A stretch of 64,000 nucleotides of DNA from Somniosus microcephalus. Taxonomy: Eukaryota. A program made the position numbers and the translations under genes. The notes beneath the pieces are model-generated. The model ran no database searches and was not told the origin of the DNA. It worked only from the letters and a program-made list of their open reading frames with translations. The first letter of the stretch is position 1. Each line of letters opens with the position of its first letter. The stretch spans positions 220,286,001-220,350,000 of the forward strand of contig CM126204.1 of the NCBI GenBank assembly GCA_052327205.1. Reading direction: 5' to 3'. Below, in pieces: positions 63,901 through 64,000 of the stretch.

Positions 63901-64000
63901 AGAGAATGGGGAGTGAGCAGGAGAGGAGGATTAGACTGGGTGTGATATTAATGAGAATGGGGAGTGAGCAGGAGAGGAGGATGAGACTGGGTGTGATATT
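45910..64000. repeat. 51-bp tandem satellite, about 355 units, running off the window end
   Basis: Consensus GACTGGGTGTGATATTAAAGAGAATGGGGAGTGAGCAGGAGAGGAGGATTA; diagnostic variants recur at multiples of 51 bp. Confidence 0.98.

Noticed and set aside
45910-64000. CRISPR-like array
   Set aside because: Head-to-tail units with no unique spacers, in a eukaryotic context

Overview
Vertebrate genomic DNA, very likely a shark or ray, judged from HE1-type V-SINEs, Deu-domain tRNA SINEs, CR1/L2 LINEs and Penelope-like remnants. The only host gene I can support is a PBX1-like TALE homeobox gene on the + strand. Two exons are present (13594-13729 and 21728-21887), so most of the window is probably intronic. 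Two nests of Gypsy LTR retrotransposons dominate it. Nest 1 (1451-9838): element A contains C, which contains B, and two deletions have rearranged them. Nest 2 (24836-33083): a young non-autonomous element D contains an intact element E with identical LTRs. The standout observation is that C and D, from different Gypsy families, both keep gag and protease but carry host-gene fragments in place of RT/RNaseH/integrase. C carries RALBP1. D carries STK10/LOK, OPTN and DNAJC21 pieces in one reading frame. Element E has no tRNA primer site; a 15-nt match to its own LTR sits there instead, and its RT motif is YLDN. From about 45910 to the window end lies an 18 kb, 51-bp satellite with higher-order structure, apparently derived from a CR1 LINE 3' UTR. 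All protein homologies were recognised by eye from memory and need database confirmation.
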